DNA of 32,000 nt from an archaeon. GTDB lineage: Archaea > Thermoproteota > Thermoprotei_A > Marsarchaeales > Marsarchaeaceae. Where the stretch lies: assembly GCA_021817005.1 (NCBI GenBank), contig JAKAWJ010000005.1, positions 30,352 through 62,351 on the forward strand. The letters run 5' to 3'. The translations under genes were made by a program, and so were the position numbers. Numbering within the stretch: the stretch's first letter is position 1; each line of letters begins with the position of its first letter. Below the pieces are notes generated by a model. The model saw only the letters and a program-made list of their open reading frames with translations. It ran no database searches and had not been told where the DNA came from. Below are positions 1 to 10,042 of this stretch, piece by piece.

Positions 1-173
1 TGGACTTCCCCAAACCCAGAAATAAGAGAGATCCCGTGTTCATAGAATACGTGGACCAAATTTATACGCTGCTTACGTAGTAAAAGACCCGTTTGCAAAT
101 CCCCAGGTCTCAGTCGGAAAATAATCAGAATCCAGAAGGTTTGCTTTCGGAGGCGGTGGACTTTAAAGCAAAT

Positions 174-881
174 TCAGTAAGGGCTCGAAACCGCTAATTT
201 GGACAGAGTTCTTGCGGCCTCCTCCAGATCCTTGTGGCTGTCAACGCTCATCCAGACAGCATTCGGGAATTCAACTACAGAAAGGAGGTGGTTCTTCGCC
301 AGATCTGGGAATGTTGTTTCTTCAATCTCTCCGCTATCGGGAAGGTAGTCGAATATCGAAGATTTGAATGCGTACACTCCCGCGTTAATCCAGTAATCCC
401 GAAGCTTCGGTTTCTCTCTGAATTCCTCGACAAGCATAGTCGAGGGATCGTATCTGACTACTCCATAGGGAGAGGGCAATGGAGTCACCGCAATCACGCC
501 CACGCTGCCATTCTTCAGCTGAGCAAACATCCTGGCAGGCTGCACGTCGGTTATTACATCCCCGTTAACAACTAGGAACTCCGACTCGTTCTTGATCAAA
601 TGTTCGGAATTCTTTATTGCTCCGCCCTTACCAAGAGGTTCCTCTTCTATTGCGTAGCCCACCTTCATTCCGAAACGGGAGCCATTCCCGATTTTCTCGA
701 TTAATTTCTCCTTTAGGTGGCCAGCGCAAACCACTACCTCATTGATTCCGTTTGAGCGCAGCCAGGCGAACTGCCAAGCAATAATAGGCTTGCCAGATAT
801 CTCGAGCAAAGGCTTCGGAGTGTTGTCAGTGTAAGGCCTGAGCCTCTTGCCATAGCCTCCTGCGAGTATCAGCGCTTTCAT
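174..881 (-). CDS. sugar-1-phosphate nucleotidylyltransferase (NTP-transferase fold, no LbH tail)
   Basis: ORF 174..896. N-terminal MKALILAGGYGKRLRPYTDNTPKPLL is the G-x-G-x-R-L / PKPL signature of glucose- or mannose-1-P nucleotidyltransferases. ATG at 881 is preferred over the upstream TTG at 896. Confidence 0.85.
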   Translation of the reverse strand: MKALILAGGYGKRLRPYTDNTPKPLLEISGKPIIAWQFAWLRSNGINEVVVCAGHLKEKLIEKIGNGSRFGMKVGYAIEEEPLGKGGAIKNSEHLIKNESEFLVVNGDVITDVQPARMFAQLKNGSVGVIAVTPLPSPYGVVRYDPSTMLVEEFREKPKLRDYWINAGVYAFKSSIFDYLPDSGEIEETTFPDLAKNHLLSVVEFPNAVWMSVDSHKDLEEAARTLSKLAVSSPY

Positions 882-1079
882 TTCACTACGCAGCAACTCT
901 CAATATCAAACTTTAAGCCTTTGCGCACCGCCAAAGCCCAACTACGAGTGCTTCTCGTCAGGGCGCGCCCGGCGAGCTGCATGGCCCCAGAATGCGATTT
1001 GTCGCGGACTGTAGCCAGAGCCTAGTTGCAACATGGGACGGCCGCCCCCACGTGTGTAGCAGCAAATAGGGAGCTGCCG

Positions 1080-1096
1080 CTTTAACCTTAAATTAG
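1080..1096 (+). promoter_or_regulatory. TATA-like region for grpE-dnaK-dnaJ, preceded by an inverted repeat
   Basis: CTTTAACCTTAAATTAG ends about 15 nt before ATG 1111. Immediately upstream is GCAGC-N9-GCTGC (1059-1077), a possible operator. Confidence 0.3.
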
Positions 1097-1110
1097 TTAC
1101 TTCGCGGATA

Positions 1111-1668
1111 ATGGCGCTCGCAGCGGAGCTGAAGTCAGTGTCGAACGAACAAGAAGTGGCAGCAGAGAATCCTGAGACAAAAGAAGAAGAGGAAGAAGCA
1201 GTTGAGGAAGATCTTAAGTCACTCAAGTCAAGAGTAGAGGACCTCCTGAATCAGCTGAAATACTTGCGCGCTGACTACGATAACCTCATGAAGCGCTCTT
1301 CCAGAGAAGTCGACGAGACACGGAAGATTGCGAATATCAGAATCTTAAAGAAAGTAATCGAGCTCAAGGAGGCTATGGACCCAGCGCTGGAACTCGTAAG
1401 CGAAAGAGGGGATCCATCCGTGGTAAAGGGTTTTCAGCTTATCGCGACCAAAACGCAAGAAATACTCCAATCTGAAGGCGTATCGGAAATTGATGCACTG
1501 GGCAAAACGTTTGACCCCTACTATCACGAAGTGGCGCAGACTCTTGAATCCCCAGAACCGGATGGCAAGATTTTGCAGGTATTCCGGAAGGGCTACATAC
1601 TGAATGGTGTAGTTCTAAGACCCTGTATGGTGTGCGTGTCAAAGCACGTTGAAAAGGTGATTCAGTAA
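1111..1668 (+). CDS. grpE: nucleotide exchange factor GrpE
   Basis: 185-aa ORF with an acidic N-terminus, a coiled-coil stretch [18 protein letters not shown] and a GrpE-like C-terminal beta domain ([14 protein letters not shown]). Its stop overlaps the dnaK start (TAATG at 1666-1670). Confidence 0.9.
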   Translation: MALAAELKSVSNEQEVAAENPETKEEEEEAVEEDLKSLKSRVEDLLNQLKYLRADYDNLMKRSSREVDETRKIANIRILKKVIELKEAMDPALELVSERGDPSVVKGFQLIATKTQEILQSEGVSEIDALGKTFDPYYHEVAQTLESPEPDGKILQVFRKGYILNGVVLRPCMVCVSKHVEKVIQ

Positions 1669-3533
1669 TGGGAGAAAAAGTGATTGGAATCGATCTTGGA
1701 ACGTCTAACTCTGCGGCGTGTGTGCTGGTAAACGGTAGGCCCATGGTAGTCCCGGCTGCCGAAGGAGTGACAATGACCGGTAAGGCCTTCCCGTCGGTGG
1801 TCGCTTTTACTAAAGACGGGCAGCTCCTTGTGGGCGAACCAGCTAGGCGGCAGGCCATCCAAAACCCTGAGGGCACAATTATAGCAGCCAAGAGGTTGAT
1901 GGGAAGCAACAAAAAGATTCAGGTTTATGGCAAAGAGTACACCCCCCAGCAGATATCGTCATTTATCCTGCAGAAGATAAAGCGAGATGCAGAGGCCTAC
2001 ATCGGAGAGCCCCTAAAGAAAGCTGTGATAACTGTACCTGCTCACGCAGATGACAATTTCAGACAAGCCACCAAGGACGCTGGTGAAATTGCCGGTCTCG
2101 AGGTAATCCGGATCATCAATGAACCCACCGCTTCAGCGATTTCCTACGGCATAGACAAGATGGATAAGGAGATGAAGATACTCATCTTCGAATTTGGAGG
2201 TGGAACATTCGACGTGACTATAATGGAATTCGCGAGCGGAGTGTTTGAGGTGCTTGCAACCGACGGCGATACCCACCTCGGTGGAACCGATATGGACCAC
2301 GCTCTGATTGACTATATTCTTTCAGAATTCAAGGCAAAGGAAGGGGTTGACCTCTCAACAGACAGGGCTGCGTTGCAGCGGGTTAGCGACGCCGCGGAAA
2401 AAGCGAAGATTGAGCTGTCAAGCGTGCTTAGCACAGAAGTCAACCTACCCTTTATTACTGCTGACAAGTCGGGCCCCAAGCACCTCGTCCAAACCGTAAC
2501 TAGGGCAAAGTTGGAAGAGCTTGTCCGGCCCCTGCTCGAGAAGTGCAGGGCTCCGTTGAACAGGGCGCTTGCGGATGCCAAGCTGAGTGCGGCCCAGATT
2601 GACAAGATCATACTCGTAGGCGGTCCGACAAGAATGCCGCTCATCCGCAAATTTGTCAAGGACGTCCTTGGAAAGGAACCGGAGTCTGGCGTGGACCCTA
2701 TGGAGTGTGTTTCAATCGGAGCGGCATATCAGGGGGCGGCTCTTGTAGGAGAGCTAAAGCAGGACATAGTCCTTCTGGACGTAACTCCTCTTTCTCTCGG
2801 CATAGAAACGCTGGGCGGAGAGTTCACGAGGCTGATTGAACACAACACGACCATCCCTACAAAGAAGAGCCAGATCTTTAGCACTGCTGCCGATTTCCAG
2901 ACAGCTGTCACAGTTCACGTGCTGCAGGGAGAGCGTCCCATGGCCGCAGATAATATCTCTCTAGGAAAATTCAACCTTGTTGGAATACCTCCTGCACCGA
3001 GAGGCGTGCCACAAATTGAGGTGACTTTTGATATCGATGCCAACGGGATAATACATGTCTCCGCAAAGGACCTCGGCACTGGAAAGGAATCCAAAATTAC
3101 GATTAGCGCCGCCAACAAGCTCAGCCAGGCCGAAAAGGAGAGAATGATGCGCGAAGCAGAGCAGTTTGCGGAAGAAGACAGAAAGAAGAAAGAACTGGCT
3201 GAGGCCACTAATGAGGCAGATTCAGTGATCTACACTTCCCAGAAGACGCTTGAAGAGCTCGGGGACAAGGTCGGCAAGGACGACAAGGATAAGGTTGAAG
3301 CTGCAATCAAGTCTCTCCGTGAAAAAATGGATGCGAAGGAAACGCAGTCCATAAGATCGGCCACTCAGGAGCTGGTCAAGTTGATCCAGTCAGTCGGAGC
3401 CTCGGTCTACCAGAAGGCGGGGGCCCAGCAGACTCAGGCGGCGGGAGACAGCACCACCCCACCTGAAGCTGGCGCAGACGAAGGAAAGAAGGAAAGCAGT
3501 TATGTTGACGCCGAGTACAAAGTCAAAGAGTAG
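1668..3533 (+). CDS. dnaK: Hsp70 chaperone DnaK
   Basis: 621 aa. Hsp70 signatures [66 protein letters not shown] ribosome-binding site about 9 nt upstream. Confidence 0.97.
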   Translation: MGEKVIGIDLGTSNSAACVLVNGRPMVVPAAEGVTMTGKAFPSVVAFTKDGQLLVGEPARRQAIQNPEGTIIAAKRLMGSNKKIQVYGKEYTPQQISSFILQKIKRDAEAYIGEPLKKAVITVPAHADDNFRQATKDAGEIAGLEVIRIINEPTASAISYGIDKMDKEMKILIFEFGGGTFDVTIMEFASGVFEVLATDGDTHLGGTDMDHALIDYILSEFKAKEGVDLSTDRAALQRVSDAAEKAKIELSSVLSTEVNLPFITADKSGPKHLVQTVTRAKLEELVRPLLEKCRAPLNRALADAKLSAAQIDKIILVGGPTRMPLIRKFVKDVLGKEPESGVDPMECVSIGAAYQGAALVGELKQDIVLLDVTPLSLGIETLGGEFTRLIEHNTTIPTKKSQIFSTAADFQTAVTVHVLQGERPMAADNISLGKFNLVGIPPAPRGVPQIEVTFDIDANGIIHVSAKDLGTGKESKITISAANKLSQAEKERMMREAEQFAEEDRKKKELAEATNEADSVIYTSQKTLEELGDKVGKDDKDKVEAAIKSLREKMDAKETQSIRSATQELVKLIQSVGASVYQKAGAQQTQAAGDSTTPPEAGADEGKKESSYVDAEYKVKE

Positions 3534-3545
3534 CGGTGGACTGCA

Positions 3546-4676
3546 CTGTCCGAGCATAGGGACTATTACGAAATCCTCGGCGTCCCCCGAACGGCAACCA
3601 TAGATGAGATAAAGTCAGCGTATCGAAAACTTGCGTTGGCATATCACCCCGATCGCAATAAGGATCCTTCTGCAACCGAGAAGTTCAAGCAGATTTCGGA
3701 AGCCTATGCCGTTCTCTCGGATGTCGACAAGAGGTCGCAGTATGACAGGTATGGTTATGAAGGAATTCACCAGACTTATTCACAGGAAGACATCTTTAGG
3801 GGCGCCGACTTCAGCGGCTTCGGTTTCGAAGATTTTGACGATCTCCTGAACAACTTTTTTGGCTTCGGCTTTCGCAACCCCAGGCGGGCTCACCAATCGC
3901 GGGGCTCGGACCTGCTCGCGGAAATGACCCTCACACTTGAAGACATCTATATGGGTAAACCTCTCAATGTGGAAGTTGACAGGTATGAGAGGTGCCAGGC
4001 ATGTTCAGGTAGTGGCGCCGAAGTTGGAAGCGCCCCAATAACATGTCCGCAGTGTGGAGGAAGAGGGCAGGTAAGAATCGAGCGCAGAACAGGCATGTGG
4101 ATGTCTGTGCAGGTCGTACCATGTTCAAGGTGCGGAGGGAGGGGGAAGCTGATTGAGAAACCCTGCCACGTGTGCAGAGGAAGAGGCATAGCCAGAAAGA
4201 AACAAACTGTGGAGATTACAATTCCCCCCGGGATTGAAGATGGCGACAGACTTCGGGTCCCAGGCTTGGGGAACGCCGGTGAGTCGGGCGCACCTCCCGG
4301 CGACCTTTATGTGGAGATTGCGATCAAGAAACATCCGACATTCAGGCGTATGGGTAACGACGTGCTTCTCGAAACGACTGTATCCATGTCTCAGGCAGCG
4401 CTCGGCCACTCGGTAAGAGTACCTACGCTCGCAGGAGACACGGTTGAACTAAAGGTCCCTCCCGGAACACAGCCGGAGACATTGCTCCGATTGAAGGGCA
4501 AAGGACTTCCGTCTTCAAAGTCTTCGAGGGGCGACGAACTCATTCGCGTACACGTGACTGTCCCCACAAAGATGACTGATAAGCAGAAGAAGCTTTTGGC
4601 AGAATTCGAAAATGAATCCAAGGGGGGTCTGTTCAGGCTTCTTAAGCGAACGGGAAACGCTCCAAAGCTCATGTGA
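3546..4676 (+). CDS. dnaJ: type I co-chaperone DnaJ (5' end uncertain: no canonical start before the J-domain)
   Basis: J-domain [34 protein letters not shown] is encoded from 3561. It is followed by a G/F-rich linker and four CxxCxGxG zinc-finger repeats ([32 protein letters not shown]). The track ORF starts at TTG 3636, inside the J-domain. The only near-cognate codon upstream is CTG 3546. Confidence 0.9.
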   Translation: MSEHRDYYEILGVPRTATIDEIKSAYRKLALAYHPDRNKDPSATEKFKQISEAYAVLSDVDKRSQYDRYGYEGIHQTYSQEDIFRGADFSGFGFEDFDDLLNNFFGFGFRNPRRAHQSRGSDLLAEMTLTLEDIYMGKPLNVEVDRYERCQACSGSGAEVGSAPITCPQCGGRGQVRIERRTGMWMSVQVVPCSRCGGRGKLIEKPCHVCRGRGIARKKQTVEITIPPGIEDGDRLRVPGLGNAGESGAPPGDLYVEIAIKKHPTFRRMGNDVLLETTVSMSQAALGHSVRVPTLAGDTVELKVPPGTQPETLLRLKGKGLPSSKSSRGDELIRVHVTVPTKMTDKQKKLLAEFENESKGGLFRLLKRTGNAPKLM

Positions 4677-4706
4677 TAATGCTACTGGTGCACAGAGGTT
4701 AGCCGT

Positions 4707-5315
4707 TTGATCACGTTTTCAAAAAGAGAAATCCAGGATATCATCATCGCATGGATAACACTATCAATTGCATTTTCCCTTACGATTTCGGGCTCAGAGA
4801 CCTACGCAATTCTTGTATCCTTACTCCTTTCTGGCAGCGCTTTTGTCTTGCACGAACTTTCCCACAAATTCGTCGGTCAGCATTTCGGTAGGGCGGCGGA
4901 GTTCCACCTCTGGTGGCAGGGGGTAGCGCTTGGTCTGGGCATGGCTCTAGCGACCTACCTTCTCCTTGGGTCACATTACGTGTTCTTCTTCGCAGCGCCA
5001 GGAGCCGTATACGTGGCTCCACTTCTGGGCCAGTATCACGGGGAACGGGTCCAGTGGAGGGTGACGAAGGAAGACGGATTCATTTCCCTCGCAGGTCCGC
5101 TGATGAACCTGGCGCTCGGGGCTTTTTTCAAGGCTCTGGCGCTCCTTCCCACGCCGGTGACTCCTGCGTTCGCCGAGGCCTCCTCTATCAATATCTTTCT
5201 TGGTTTCTTTAACATGCTACCTGTACCCCCTCTCGATGGTTCGAAAGTTCTTCTCTGGAACAGGGGAGTGTGGGTTGCGATCGTGCTTGTTCTTCTCGTG
5301 CTGCTGGTGAACTGA
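4707..5315 (+). CDS. small membrane zinc metalloprotease, peptidase M50 (site-2 protease-like)
   Basis: 202 aa and multi-pass hydrophobic. HELSHKF (HExxH) lies in a TM segment, and the second S2P motif FNMLPVPPLDGSKV (NxxPxxxLDG) is present. TTG start. Confidence 0.8.
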   Translation: MITFSKREIQDIIIAWITLSIAFSLTISGSETYAILVSLLLSGSAFVLHELSHKFVGQHFGRAAEFHLWWQGVALGLGMALATYLLLGSHYVFFFAAPGAVYVAPLLGQYHGERVQWRVTKEDGFISLAGPLMNLALGAFFKALALLPTPVTPAFAEASSINIFLGFFNMLPVPPLDGSKVLLWNRGVWVAIVLVLLVLLVN

Positions 5316-5447
5316 ATGGTTCGGTGGCCAAACTCGGACACGCTACATTTCTTCTGGATGTAGTCCGGTCTGGGCTCTAATCCATTGTGGAAATTTTATT
5401 TGGGAGCCGGCCTTCAATGAAACCGGCGTTTATAGAAGAGTGAGCGA

Positions 5448-6254
5448 ATGAGATACGATGCGCTTCTGATTGACGTTGATGGGGTAGTAAAGGTTGGAAC
5501 TACCGTCCTCGCCGGAGTTCCACGGGCGATAGCGGCGCTAAGGTCGTCAGGTGTTCCATTTCTATTGGTTACGAACAATTCCACACTTCGCCCGGCTGAC
5601 CTGGTTCGCCGCCTTTCGCTGGGAGGGCTGGATATACGACCGGAGGAGATCCTTACTTCTGCACAGGTTCTTGTCTATTCGATTGGGCACAGCCTAACTT
5701 ATGGTGTTGCAGCCAAGCGCGGGGTACTGGTAATAGGAGAAGACGGGCTGAAGGGAGAGCTTCAGGCAGGCGGCTACAGAATTACTGAGAATTCGACTGA
5801 CGGGCTTGTTGCGGTGGGTCTGGACCGATCGTTCAATTATGAAAAGCTACGCTTGGCACTCAGATCAGTAAAGTTGGGCGCGAGAATCCTGGCCACAAAT
5901 ACCGATAGCACATACCCCTCAGAGGAGGAGGAGCTTCCGGGCGCAGGAGCAATGGTGGCCGCTATACGTGCGTTTGCAACGTCGCCCGTACGCGTAATGG
6001 GTAAACCGTCGAGAGTATTCTTTAGAGCAGCTCTTTCAAGACTCGGAATGAATCGCTCTGGCCGCGTTCTGATAGTTGGCGACAGGCCCGAAACCGATGT
6101 CAGACTTGCGAAGATGAATGGCGCAGCTTCCGCGCTTGTCCTGTCGGGCGTGACTTCAGCATCCGAGGCGCGAGCTCTCATAGGGGGGATGCGGCCAGAT
6201 TACGTCTTTCGCAGCCTCGAAGAAACCGTAAAGACTAGTTTGGGAATAATATGA
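5448..6254 (+). CDS. HAD-superfamily hydrolase, subfamily IIA (NagD-like sugar/nucleotide phosphatase)
   Basis: Motif I LIDVDGVV, motif II LLVTNNST, GKPS lysine motif and motif IV VGDRPETDV, in canonical order. Confidence 0.8.
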   Translation: MRYDALLIDVDGVVKVGTTVLAGVPRAIAALRSSGVPFLLVTNNSTLRPADLVRRLSLGGLDIRPEEILTSAQVLVYSIGHSLTYGVAAKRGVLVIGEDGLKGELQAGGYRITENSTDGLVAVGLDRSFNYEKLRLALRSVKLGARILATNTDSTYPSEEEELPGAGAMVAAIRAFATSPVRVMGKPSRVFFRAALSRLGMNRSGRVLIVGDRPETDVRLAKMNGAASALVLSGVTSASEARALIGGMRPDYVFRSLEETVKTSLGII

Positions 6255-6320
6255 AGGGATCTTCCGCCGTTTTGAAAAGCTTTTTAAGGCGTCTCCTGCT
6301 TCGCAATCCTGATTAAAAGT

Positions 6321-6641
6321 ATGGTTAGTGAGAGGGCTGTAGGCGGTCTGATTTTAGCTGCATTTGCCATTATCCTTGTGGCTTTCACCTTCCTGATGTG
6401 GGTTCCAGGAGTTGATCGTCATGCATTCTTTGCTGTGAAAGTGGTGGTATGGATATTCGTAGTGGCGGTGAGCGCGATCGCGATTTGGCTAGGGTGGGTC
6501 ATGGTCAGTACTAAACCCGTGGTTCCAGAGGAAAAGCCGGTGGAACCATCAGCAGCTGAACATGCGCAGCAGCCTGGTCAGGGTCCTGGCCAAGAGGAAA
6601 AGCCGTCAGGTCAGCCTCCGAGTGACGAGAAGAAGAACTAG
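6321..6641 (+). CDS. small membrane protein (2 predicted TM helices) with a Pro/Glu/Gln-rich C-terminal tail
   Basis: 106-aa ORF with an ATG start. It has two long hydrophobic segments and then the low-complexity tail PVVPEEKPVEPSAAEHAQQPGQGPGQEEKPSGQPPSDEKKN. No recognisable family. Confidence 0.55.
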   Translation: MVSERAVGGLILAAFAIILVAFTFLMWVPGVDRHAFFAVKVVVWIFVVAVSAIAIWLGWVMVSTKPVVPEEKPVEPSAAEHAQQPGQGPGQEEKPSGQPPSDEKKN

Positions 6642-6709
6642 GGCGTTCTTCGCATCACGGCTTTTGCTGTTGAAAGGCTTATGCCTCCTGATGCAGCTTA
6701 GGAGCCGAT

Positions 6710-8560
6710 TTGTGCGGGATTATCGGGATCGCTGAAGTAGCGCCTGCAAGTTTCTCGCTTCCAATAGGTGCAGTCATAGAGCGCTGCCTGAGTCGGCTGG
6801 AGTACCGTGGTTATGACTCTGTCGGCCTGGCCGCAATAACTGATGCCCGCCTAGTAATCAGGAAAGGTAAGGGCGGCCTATCTCAGGTTTCATCCGCAAA
6901 GGAGTTCGCAAGGATTAATGGGAACGCAGCCATTGGGCACACCCGGTGGGCAACGCACGGCGAACCGAGCGACGTGAATGCACATCCACACCTTGACTGC
7001 AAGTCAGATGTGGCAGTAGTGCACAATGGAATAATTTCAAATTATTCGGATTTGAAGCACCGCCTGCAGGCCCGTGGGCATCTTTTCCTTAGCGAAACAG
7101 ATACCGAAGTAGTGCCCCACCTGATCGAGGAAGGATTGAGCCGCGGGCTTGCTGCCTATCCTGCGTTCAAGAAGGCGGTGCTGGAGCTCGAGGGTTCATG
7201 TGCGCTCGCTGCAATCTGCGCAAAGGATCCAGAGAAGGTCTACTTCTTCAAGCGGGACTCTCCGCTCGTTCTCGGGCTGTCCCCTACCGCGCTCTTCATA
7301 TCGAGCGATATTCCCGCGTTTCTGGGTTACACAGACCAGGTTGTGGTCCTAAACGATGATGAAATTGGTTATATATCAACCTCGGGCACTTGGGAGATTT
7401 ACAGCCTCGGAGAGGACGCGGTGGTCGAACCAAAACCCAGGCTAAGGAAAGTCTCGTGGAGCGCGGGCACCGCGGCAAGAGGGGGTTACCCGCATTACAT
7501 GATTAAGGAAATCCATGAACAGCCCAAGGCCCTGACGGACACTTTCGCCTCGAACGCGGGAGAAGGTTCGCGCATCGATGCGGCAGCTAGGGTACTCTCA
7601 TCGTCGGAAGGGGTCTTTCTGGCTGGTTCGGGTACGGCATTCTTCGCAGCTCTGAACGGAAAGGACGCACTTCTCGAGCGGGCCAATATCCGAGCTCACT
7701 GCATCCTCTCTTCGGAATATCAAACGAGCCTGAAAGGAGTATCTTCCAACGATGCGGCCATCATCGTTAGCCAGTCAGGAGAGACCATGGATTCGCTCTT
7801 TGCACTTAGAAGCTTTAGGAGAGCAGGTGCCAAGACCATTGCGCTTACAAACGTAGAGGACAGTGCCATCGCAAGAGAATCGGACTATCAGATTTACACC
7901 CAGGCCGGTCCTGAGTTGAGCGTGGCTGCAACAAAGACCTTTGTTACGCAGACTGAGTGTCTTCAGATGCTTGCAGCGAAACTGGGGATGCAGAACGGCT
8001 CAATCGGAGCGGTTGAGGCAGAGTCATACATCGGTGAAATTCGCGCCTTGGGTTCCGCCCTTCAGACAAACATCAACATCACTGAAGCAAGAGCAAAGGA
8101 GCTCTGCAGAGTTCTACAGAACGAGAAAAGCATGTATTATCTCAGCCGTGGAACCGGAGTGCCGCTGGCCAAGGAGGGGGCGCTCAAGATAAAAGAAGTG
8201 GCATACATACATGCGGAAGCTTATGAGGCGGGAGAATCAAAGCATGGCCCAATCAGCATGGTCACTCCAAGATTTCCGGTTCTGTTCGTGCTGGCGGACG
8301 AACGAACCGAAAAGCCTCTTTATGGAAACGTGATGGAAATGAAGAGCCGTGGAGCATATACGATAGGATTGCGACCGGACACTTTGAAAGACGAAGAGAG
8401 TCCCTTCGACTATACATTTTCACTCAGGTCCGTCTCTCCACTTACTAATGTGATTTTGTTCGCGCCAACGCTGCAGCTCTTGGCTTATTACCTTGCGGTA
8501 TCCAAGGGGTTGAATCCCGATCGTCCAAGAAATCTTGCGAAGACGGTGACAGTGGAGTGA
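6710..8560 (+). CDS. glmS: glutamine--fructose-6-phosphate aminotransferase (isomerising)
   Basis: N-terminal M-CGIIGI (catalytic Cys after Met removal), a class-II amidotransferase domain (GHTRWATHG, VHNGII.N), then two SIS domains (SQSGET, C-terminal NLAKTVTVE). TTG start preceded by AGGAG. Confidence 0.95.
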   Translation: MCGIIGIAEVAPASFSLPIGAVIERCLSRLEYRGYDSVGLAAITDARLVIRKGKGGLSQVSSAKEFARINGNAAIGHTRWATHGEPSDVNAHPHLDCKSDVAVVHNGIISNYSDLKHRLQARGHLFLSETDTEVVPHLIEEGLSRGLAAYPAFKKAVLELEGSCALAAICAKDPEKVYFFKRDSPLVLGLSPTALFISSDIPAFLGYTDQVVVLNDDEIGYISTSGTWEIYSLGEDAVVEPKPRLRKVSWSAGTAARGGYPHYMIKEIHEQPKALTDTFASNAGEGSRIDAAARVLSSSEGVFLAGSGTAFFAALNGKDALLERANIRAHCILSSEYQTSLKGVSSNDAAIIVSQSGETMDSLFALRSFRRAGAKTIALTNVEDSAIARESDYQIYTQAGPELSVAATKTFVTQTECLQMLAAKLGMQNGSIGAVEAESYIGEIRALGSALQTNINITEARAKELCRVLQNEKSMYYLSRGTGVPLAKEGALKIKEVAYIHAEAYEAGESKHGPISMVTPRFPVLFVLADERTEKPLYGNVMEMKSRGAYTIGLRPDTLKDEESPFDYTFSLRSVSPLTNVILFAPTLQLLAYYLAVSKGLNPDRPRNLAKTVTVE

Positions 8561-8723
8561 CGACTTTGATGGTGGCAGGTTCTGGTTCCAATGCACCAAG
8601 CTCCCTCAATTTGTTCTTGTGTCAGCGGCTGCAACCGCGCCCATCACAAACACGACGTGCCCTCACACGGGTTGCACATTTGGTGTGATTGCCTTGCGCA
8701 CCGCCCCAGCAATTCTGAGCGCA

Positions 8724-9929
8724 GTGGTTCTTTGCGGTGGACTTGGGACGGAGATGCGGCCGATTTCGGAGAATTTGCCGAAAACCCTGATTACACTCCA
8801 AGGCAGAACAGTGCTGAAGAGGATTCTCGATCAACTTTGCAAAGCAGGAATACAGGATATCACTATTGTTGTGTCGCAGAATGGGTTGGAGCAGATAAGG
8901 CAGGAAGTTAACCGATACGAGCACGGAGTACTTGAAGTCAGGGTAGTTTTGCAGGGCGGCGCCGAAGACATAAGAGGGGCGGCAATGACCGGACTGGATT
9001 CGGCGTTTGAGCACGTTGGTAGGCGTAGCACTCTTCTTACTTATGGCGACATCGTGGCTGGCTCAGGATTCTACGAATCTCTGTTTGAGACAGGCAAGGG
9101 GAGCGGGTATCCTGCCGCGAGTGTGGTGCTAAGAAATGATCCGCGCACATATGGGGTGGCCACTCTTACTCCCTTATCGACGATCGCGGCCGTCAGGGAC
9201 AAAGCGCAGAGTCCGGACCCTCGACTCGGAACTTACGTTTTGGGAGGGGCCTTCGTCCTACCTCCGGGTTTTCAGGAATTTTTGGAGTCAAAGGGGAGCT
9301 TCACGGAGGCATTGGACGACTTTGCGAAATCTTACACCGTAGCAGCCTCCGTCTGGGGAGGTTCTTGGACCGACTTGGGCTATCCGTGGGATATCATATC
9401 TGCAACCTCTGCAGAATTGGGTTTGTTGCAGAACAGCTCAATTTCAAGCTCGGCCAAGGTATCTCCAACAGCAATTCTCGAGCCGCCAGTCATCGTTGAA
9501 GAGGGAGTAGTTATAGATCATCACGCAGTCATCAAGGGTCCAGCCTATCTTGGTAAAGATGTCTATGTGGGAACTGGAGCGCTCATTCACAACAATTCCA
9601 GTCTTGAGGAGGGCGTTGTGGTGGGAGCTTACGCGGAAATAAGCAATAGCGTGCTGCAACCCCACACTTCGGTCGGACGAGGCTGCTTTGTTGGTAACTC
9701 GGTAACGGGGCGACACGTAGTATTCGAACCGCATGTGGTCACTCTCAATCTGATGCGAAGAGGGCCGCCACCAGATCGGCTCGAGTCAGCGGTTAAGGAG
9801 GGTCGCTTTATCTTTAAAATTGGGGCCATGGTGGGCGGAAATGCGAGAATCGGGGCAAACTCGGTGCTACATCCGGGCACGTCAATTGCACACGGCTCTA
9901 CTCTCGCTCCTAATACAGTGAATCAATGA
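8724..9929 (+). CDS. glmU: bifunctional sugar-1-phosphate nucleotidylyltransferase / acetyltransferase (archaeal GlmU-like)
   Basis: NTP-transferase N-domain (VVLCGGLGTEMRPISENLPKTL) followed by a C-terminal left-handed beta-helix hexapeptide-repeat region. It sits immediately downstream of glmS. The track ORF starts at 8619, but the 35-aa extension looks non-native. GTG 8724 (or GTG 8688) fits the family N-terminus better. Confidence 0.8.
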   Translation: MVLCGGLGTEMRPISENLPKTLITLQGRTVLKRILDQLCKAGIQDITIVVSQNGLEQIRQEVNRYEHGVLEVRVVLQGGAEDIRGAAMTGLDSAFEHVGRRSTLLTYGDIVAGSGFYESLFETGKGSGYPAASVVLRNDPRTYGVATLTPLSTIAAVRDKAQSPDPRLGTYVLGGAFVLPPGFQEFLESKGSFTEALDDFAKSYTVAASVWGGSWTDLGYPWDIISATSAELGLLQNSSISSSAKVSPTAILEPPVIVEEGVVIDHHAVIKGPAYLGKDVYVGTGALIHNNSSLEEGVVVGAYAEISNSVLQPHTSVGRGCFVGNSVTGRHVVFEPHVVTLNLMRRGPPPDRLESAVKEGRFIFKIGAMVGGNARIGANSVLHPGTSIAHGSTLAPNTVNQ

Positions 9930-10042
9930 AGCAAAATTCAGAGAACGCCAGAATCTGGACGCGGTCTCCTCGGTTTGGTCGCCACTTCATTGTCCATCAC
10001 AAAAGGTCTATATCCCTCCGCTTCATTTGATTGAAGACTTCA

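Noticed and set aside
1-173. Possible gene fragments at the window edge: a plus-strand C-terminus ending at TAG 43-45, or a minus-strand ATG at 43 (MNTGSLLFLGLGKS...) about 20 nt downstream of TATAAA (complement of 61-66).
   Set aside because: Fewer than 20 codons are visible on either strand and the two readings conflict. There is not enough sequence to support a call.
897-1110. GC-rich core of the divergent spacer upstream of grpE (contains GGCGCGCC and GGGACGGCCGCCCCC) as a possible tRNA or ncRNA.
   Set aside because: No acceptor-stem complementarity or D/T-loop motifs on either strand. It is more simply a divergent promoter region. The GCAGC-N9-GCTGC repeat is noted under the promoter feature only.
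3531-3533. Genome-wide TAG reassignment (for example pyrrolysine or sense recoding) as the explanation for the in-frame dnaK-dnaJ junction.
   Set aside because: TAG terminates other well-defined genes here at their expected family C-termini (6321..6641 ORF, GT2, CBS, sufS). No Pyl machinery is visible. Only local read-through remains as one option in the finding.
8619-8723. 35-aa N-terminal extension of the GlmU-like ORF (MSAAATAPITNTTCPHTGC...). Inverted repeats in the glmS-glmU spacer (GCGG..CCGC at 8625-8638; TGCAACC/GGTTGCA at 8630-8636 and 8670-8676).
   Set aside because: The extension does not resemble NTP-transferase N-termini, which begin a few residues before the GG motif. The stems are short, mutually exclusive and have a 33-nt loop. 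The glmS ribozyme is a bacterial element found upstream of glmS, and it is not expected at this position.
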